Shown here one piece after another: positions 26,516 through 30,507 of a stretch of 30,507 bases of DNA. The translations under genes were made by a program, and so were the position numbers. Under the pieces are notes generated by a model that saw only the letters and a program-made list of their open reading frames with translations, did no database searches and was not told where the DNA came from. This DNA is from a virus. Lineage: Duplodnaviria; Caudoviricetes. The stretch covers positions 1 through 30,507 of the IMG/VR virus record IMGVR_UViG_3300003969_000002; one strand, 5' to 3'. The stretch's first letter is position 1. Every line of letters starts with the position of its first letter.

Positions 26516-26872
26516 CCCGGCTGCACGACGGCGACCGCGCAGGGCTTCGTCAAGGCTTTTCTCTTCGTGACAGTCATGACAAAGGCCCTGCTCGTTCGAC
26601 TCATCGTCTGGGCCGCCCTCAGCCAGCGGGACGATGTGATCGCGCTGGGTTGCCAAGGTCACACGACCATGGCGCTTGCATTCAGCACACAGCGGATCAC
26701 GAGCAAACAGGTCAGCACGCATGCGCTGCAGCTTGCGTCCGGTGATGCGCTTGGTTGCCTTAGGGTTCTTTCCCCATGCTGGCTTCGGATGTTTGGCACA
26801 GCGTGAGGTGCCATCACGTACCAGCACCCCGCAGCCGGGATGACTGCAGGGCTTGGGTGCGCTTGATGGCAT
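26513..26872 (-). CDS. HNH endonuclease (terminase-associated, HK97 gp74-like)
   Basis: PLCAEC, DHIVPL..GG, N.QGLCHDCH..K motifs; directly upstream of terS. Confidence 0.92.
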   Translation of the reverse strand: MPSSAPKPCSHPGCGVLVRDGTSRCAKHPKPAWGKNPKATKRITGRKLQRMRADLFARDPLCAECKRHGRVTLATQRDHIVPLAEGGPDDESNEQGLCHDCHEEKSLDEALRGRRRAAG

Positions 26873-26873
26873 A

Positions 26874-27085
26874 AGGGCAGGGTCAGTTCGAAATGGTCAG
26901 GAGGCCGAGGCCAACATAAGTAAGTGTTGAACTGCCCTGCGAAATGGTGTGAGGCTTTCACTCACTGCGCTGGCTCACCGCTTGCTCTTCAACCATCCGC
27001 ACCAGGACAGGCAGGGCCATCAAGGTGCGTCAGCTGCTTCTATAAGTACTGGGGAGGATTTCCCTACTCATCATCCAGCACTGAA
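26874..27085 (-). ncRNA. Structured late-leader RNA region with a tRNA-like module
   Basis: Several consecutive stems, including a 5-bp stem with a 7-nt UGAAAGC loop stacked on a 7-bp stem; no credible ORF. Confidence 0.4.
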
Positions 27086-27091
27086 CTGATC

Positions 27092-27128
27092 AAAGAAAAA
27101 CCCCTGCAAGTAGTGGCCTGCAGGGGTT
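27092..27128 (-). terminator. tR'-like late leader terminator
   Basis: Minus strand reads CCCCTGCAGG-CCACTA-CTTGCAGGGG-TTTTTCTTT. Confidence 0.85.
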
Positions 27129-27179
27129 GATCGGGTTGTGCTGCTCGGGGTAGTGACACGAACTGCACAGCTTGCCTGA

Positions 27180-27222
27180 AATGTACCGATTTGTTCTATG
27201 ACGTAAAACTCCTTTTTGGCAA
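27180..27222 (-). promoter_or_regulatory. Putative pR'-like late promoter
   Basis: Immediately after the Q-like gene; TTTACG-N16-TACATT, with TTGCCA-N18-TAGAAC as an alternative. Confidence 0.45.
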
Positions 27223-27225
27223 TCA

Positions 27226-27627
27226 CTACGTGCCGGTGCGCCTGCTATCAGCTGCAGCTTTCTTGACCGCTGCCTTGTCTTCCAGCCAGCGAGCGAGGGC
27301 TCGGTCAGCCGCTTCGAGGTTGGCACTGATAGTGGACTCACCTTTGGACATGCGCCGCGCTACCTGGTCGCGGGGCAGACCCTTTGCATAAGTAAGCGTC
27401 ACCACCATATAGAGGTGCGACTGGCAGAGCTGCAGGGACTTCACCGCATCATCCATCTCGCTGGCGTTCAGGCTGTTGGTCGGTACCGTGGATTCACGCA
27501 AGCCGGTGGATGGGCCCATGCGTGCAAACGGTGAAGCGGAGGGAAATCCCAGGGCGCCGGACTCGGACTGCTGTGACCAGCGGCCCCACTCCTCCAATCG
27601 GTGACGGACCCATTCAATGCGTGCCAT
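27226..27627 (-). CDS. Antitermination protein Q-like
   Basis: RLEEWGRW N-terminus and a C-terminal HTH (RDQVARRM...STISANL); precedes the promoter-terminator and late genes. Confidence 0.8.
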   Translation of the reverse strand: MARIEWVRHRLEEWGRWSQQSESGALGFPSASPFARMGPSTGLRESTVPTNSLNASEMDDAVKSLQLCQSHLYMVVTLTYAKGLPRDQVARRMSKGESTISANLEAADRALARWLEDKAAVKKAAADSRRTGT

Positions 27628-27647
27628 GTGATTCCTTGTGCAAACGT

Positions 27648-27917
27648 TTAGACGGTGGGCTGCGCGATGAAGCCGGCGAACTGGACGCCGACCATCACCG
27701 CGTATTGCTGGGTGTCGTGCAGCGGGTGCGTGGCGGGGAATGGCGTGCCCAGCACGTGGCCGGCTTCCAGCGCGTAGAACAGGCCGGGTTCACCCTTTTG
27801 GGCGCGGCGGATGCAATCGTTCACCCAGTCCTTACCCAGGGCGGCACGCTGGGTGTCTACCCACTCTGAGGTCCGGGGCATCTTGTCTCGCAGGCTTGGC
27901 ACTTTGGTTTGACTCAT
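27648..27917 (-). CDS. Hypothetical phage protein (89 aa)
   Basis: GAGG RBS, coding-like codon use, KGEPGLFYALEAGHVLGTPF. Confidence 0.75.
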   Translation of the reverse strand: MSQTKVPSLRDKMPRTSEWVDTQRAALGKDWVNDCIRRAQKGEPGLFYALEAGHVLGTPFPATHPLHDTQQYAVMVGVQFAGFIAQPTV

Positions 27918-27948
27918 TGCTGCTTCCTCGAATGAAAACCGACCGGGG

Positions 27949-28195
27949 CCGGACTAGGGTGGACGGGGGGTGGACGGCGCAAACCCGCATGGATACTCAA
28001 TCCGTCCACCGGTCCAACCCGACCATAGGTGTGTAGGTATGTTGTGCCCGTGCGTGCGCGCAGACACGCGCCCGCTCGTGTCTGCGTGTGTGTACGTATG
28101 AGACCGGAGGGCGGAGGGGTGGACGGGTGGACGGATGCCAAAAACCCGTTTAAAAACAAACGCTTACGGCGTCCACCCCCCATGGGCCCGGACGG
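27949..28195. repeat. Iteron array, putative phage replication origin
   Basis: GGGTGGACGG at 27957, 27968, 28117 and 28125; inverted copies at 28002-28010 and 28170-28178; central hairpin 28059-28086; directly downstream of the primase-helicase. Confidence 0.7.
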
Positions 28196-28311
28196 CGGTG
28201 GCGACAGGACCGGCAGCGCAAACGTCAAGACGTTCGCACCGACGGGGCGTGACCAGCCAGCTTGGCATCAGGGAGCCACCGCGCACGCGATTGCTGCGGG
28301 TGTTTGGTGGG

Positions 28312-30507
28312 TTACAGCGGGAGGTCATAGTCCTCGCTCGCTGGATAGGTTTCGTAGGCCACAGGGGCTTCTACGGGGCTCACTGGCGCGGCCTGAGGCG
28401 TTGCCGGTGGGGGTGGTGGGGGACGGCGCATAAAGCCCCGTCGCCGCTTGCCTGAAGTCTCACGGTGCTTATCAAAGCCCAGCTGCTTCATGGCGTTGCC
28501 AATGCGGGTATCCATGTTGCCGGAGCCATCGATGCGGTCTGCCTTGATCAGCAGAGCCCGCTCATAAATCTCCGATCGGGGGAAGAAGTCCCGCTTCGCA
28601 TTCACCGGTGCATTCGGGTCATCGTGCCGGTCAGGTGTGTCCCGATTCACATAGGCATCGATGATGTCTTCCCATGTGTCCGTGCGTTTGAACGGCGCCT
28701 GCTCAGGGAACACCAGATCGCGCTCCTCTTCCTTGGTGGGCCAGTAGCGCTCACCCTTTTCAAGCAAGTGCAGGGCTTCAGCGAACAGCTGCAGCCGCAT
28801 GCCCGACAAGGTGTCTTCATTGACCTGATGCACCTCCAGTGGCCAGAAGCGCCGGTCACCGGTGGCATCTTTCAGAAACTCATCGGCGTTGGTAGTGCCC
28901 ACGTTGACCGAGTGGCGCTTGGCCCGAATGAGCTGGCTGCCATAAGGCGGGCGGAACATATCCTCTTGCGCCGACAGAAACTGCTTGATCTGGGTGGTCT
29001 CGGACTTGTTGAGCGACTCCAACTCAGCCGACTCCGCGATCCACACCAGCTGCATGGCCATAAGCGAATCCTTGTCACCCATGCGGATCGCGTTATCGGT
29101 GAAGAAGGGATAGGCCAAGGCCCGGAAGGCGGTGGACTTTTTCAAGCCCTGCTCACCCTTGATGATCAGCATGTAATCGAACTTGCAGCCCGGCTGCAGG
29201 GCCCGCTTGACCAAGCCCATGATGAAGCACTTGCCGATCAGGCGGGTGTAGGGGCGCTCCTCGACCTCGTACACATCACTGATCCAATGCTCCAGGCGGG
29301 GAATGCCGTCCCACTTCTCAGCGTGGATGAGATCCAGCACCGGGTTGTATTTGGCCGATCGCGCTGCCATGAGCACGCCATTGCGCAGAGTGCTGGTCGC
29401 CTTGATGCCGAGGCCATGCTTACGGAGCATGAACTCGCCCAGCATCAGGTCATCTTCCTCATTCCACTCGCCGGGCTCATGACCCCAAGGCGTGGTGCGG
29501 CTGCGTTCAAGCAGATGAGTGAAGTCGTTTTGCTTTACCAAGCCCTTCAGGTCTGGATCGAGCTGCAGGCAATACATGACGTTTTCACGGCAGTCCAACG
29601 GCCTGCCCCGGTTTTTGACCAGGTGGGAATACACATCCACCTCATCGTCATCACCGGCCGAGGTCGGCACATCGCCGCCACCGGGAGGAGGCGCGTTATC
29701 CCCTCCCCCAGCGGGAGCCTGCCCGTTCGCGTTTTTTGGTTTCGCTCGCTGTGGTGGTGGGCTCAGTTCAATGCCGACCCGCTGGGCAAGCCACTTCATG
29801 GCCTCCACGGGCTTGGCCGTGGGTAGCCACTCCATCACCAAATCAATCGGGGTGCGCCGCCCATCCTTGGGGTCGCCAGTGCCCTCAAGACCCCAGTCCA
29901 CAATGCCATCCGGCTGCATGCTCAGGTCTTCCTGATTGCTGCGGTTGAGCTGCTTGCTGGTAATGCGATAGCCGCTGCGATATGGAGTTGCTGCCGGGAA
30001 AAGAGAAGGCACCCAAGCTTGAAGGGCCGCAAGTGCGACCTCATTCACCCGCTTGAAATCATCACCGCTCGAAGGCTCTGGCTGCGCGGCAGAAGTCGGT
30101 CGCGTAGGGCTAGGTGCCTTGGGTGCAGGTTGCGCAGGGGCTTGAGCCTCTTTGCGTGCAGCCTTGGTGGCTTCCTTGGCATCGTCGATCGTCTTGTGCA
30201 GGCGGCTCAACACCCCTGCATCAATGGGCATCACATCAGCCGGCGTGTCGGGATAGCGGTTGGCAGTGAAGGTGAAAAACTGCCGCTCGCAAAACACCTC
30301 CAAGCCGATATCGTTGCTCTTGTTGGTGGTGGTGTGCCCTTCGACAATGATGTGCACACCCTTGCCACTGGGCGAGTACTCGGTGAAGCTGCTGCAGGCT
30401 TTGATGATGTTGGCACAGCGATCTGTCACCACACCCGTGGCCGGATCAATAGCGCCGTCGATATCTATACCGATCAGCCCATCACCAGGCAGGAAGGCAA
30501 AGCCCAC
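28312..30507 (-). CDS. Primase-polymerase/VapE helicase fusion (5' end beyond the window)
   Basis: AEP-type motifs IGIDID, EYSPSGKGVH and EVF...FFTFT; VapE-type KFDYMLIIKGEQGLKKST, WIAESAEL and GTTN..FLKDATGDRRFWP. Confidence 0.9.
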   Translation of the reverse strand: MGFAFLPGDGLIGIDIDGAIDPATGVVTDRCANIIKACSSFTEYSPSGKGVHIIVEGHTTTNKSNDIGLEVFCERQFFTFTANRYPDTPADVMPIDAGVLSRLHKTIDDAKEATKAARKEAQAPAQPAPKAPSPTRPTSAAQPEPSSGDDFKRVNEVALAALQAWVPSLFPAATPYRSGYRITSKQLNRSNQEDLSMQPDGIVDWGLEGTGDPKDGRRTPIDLVMEWLPTAKPVEAMKWLAQRVGIELSPPPQRAKPKNANGQAPAGGGDNAPPPGGGDVPTSAGDDDEVDVYSHLVKNRGRPLDCRENVMYCLQLDPDLKGLVKQNDFTHLLERSRTTPWGHEPGEWNEEDDLMLGEFMLRKHGLGIKATSTLRNGVLMAARSAKYNPVLDLIHAEKWDGIPRLEHWISDVYEVEERPYTRLIGKCFIMGLVKRALQPGCKFDYMLIIKGEQGLKKSTAFRALAYPFFTDNAIRMGDKDSLMAMQLVWIAESAELESLNKSETTQIKQFLSAQEDMFRPPYGSQLIRAKRHSVNVGTTNADEFLKDATGDRRFWPLEVHQVNEDTLSGMRLQLFAEALHLLEKGERYWPTKEEERDLVFPEQAPFKRTDTWEDIIDAYVNRDTPDRHDDPNAPVNAKRDFFPRSEIYERALLIKADRIDGSGNMDTRIGNAMKQLGFDKHRETSGKRRRGFMRRPPPPPPATPQAAPVSPVEAPVAYETYPASEDYDLPL

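Larger units (their letters stand above)
510..30507. mobile_element. dusA-integrated prophage (HK97-like head, Mu-like contractile tail); continues past the right edge
   Basis: Integrase, complete lysis, tail, head and packaging modules, Q and replication genes in coherent synteny, with no obvious pseudogenes. Confidence 0.95.

Noticed and set aside
26939-27000. Canonical tRNA gene
   Set aside because: No proper D arm plus anticodon arm and no TTCGA loop; kept only as a tRNA-like candidate.
27045-27082. Hammerhead ribozyme (TGATGAG...GAAA on the minus strand)
   Set aside because: Core lacks the CUGAUGA C and the stems do not adopt hammerhead topology.
27949-28195. Possible CRISPR array
   Set aside because: Repeats are 9-10 bp, in both orientations and irregularly spaced; no cas genes.
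27914-28228. 104-aa ORF and overlapping + strand ORFs
   Set aside because: They run across the iteron array, giving low-complexity translations without an RBS; better explained as an origin.

Overview
The window holds the left ~30 kb of a temperate prophage integrated in the 5' end of dusA in a GC-rich, probably betaproteobacterial genome (host assignment is inference). Order from the left: dusA (minus strand, partial, N-terminus probably phage-supplied); divergent tyrosine integrase plus a small ORF; bidirectional terminator; then a long minus-strand late operon. Read right to left, the phage carries a primase-polymerase/VapE helicase, an iteron-rich putative origin, a Q-like antiterminator, a late promoter/terminator, HNH, a putative cos, terminases, an HK97-type portal/ClpP protease/capsid, a head-fibre-like cassette, neck genes, a Mu-like contractile tail with a G/GT frameshift, tail fibre, two holin-like genes, a GH19 endolysin, nested spanins and an N6-adenine methyltransferase. 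The HK97 head plus Mu tail chimera resembles SfV/P27-type phages. The best novelty candidates are non-coding: a G-U-rich three-way-junction RNA antisense to the methyltransferase leader, whose junction sequence is complementary to the methyltransferase ribosome-binding region, and a structured late-leader region with a tRNA-like T-arm. A counter-oriented lipoprotein moron beside the tape measure gene and an unannotated 45-aa zinc-finger gene are also notable. All calls come from reading motifs by eye; no searches or folding programs were run.
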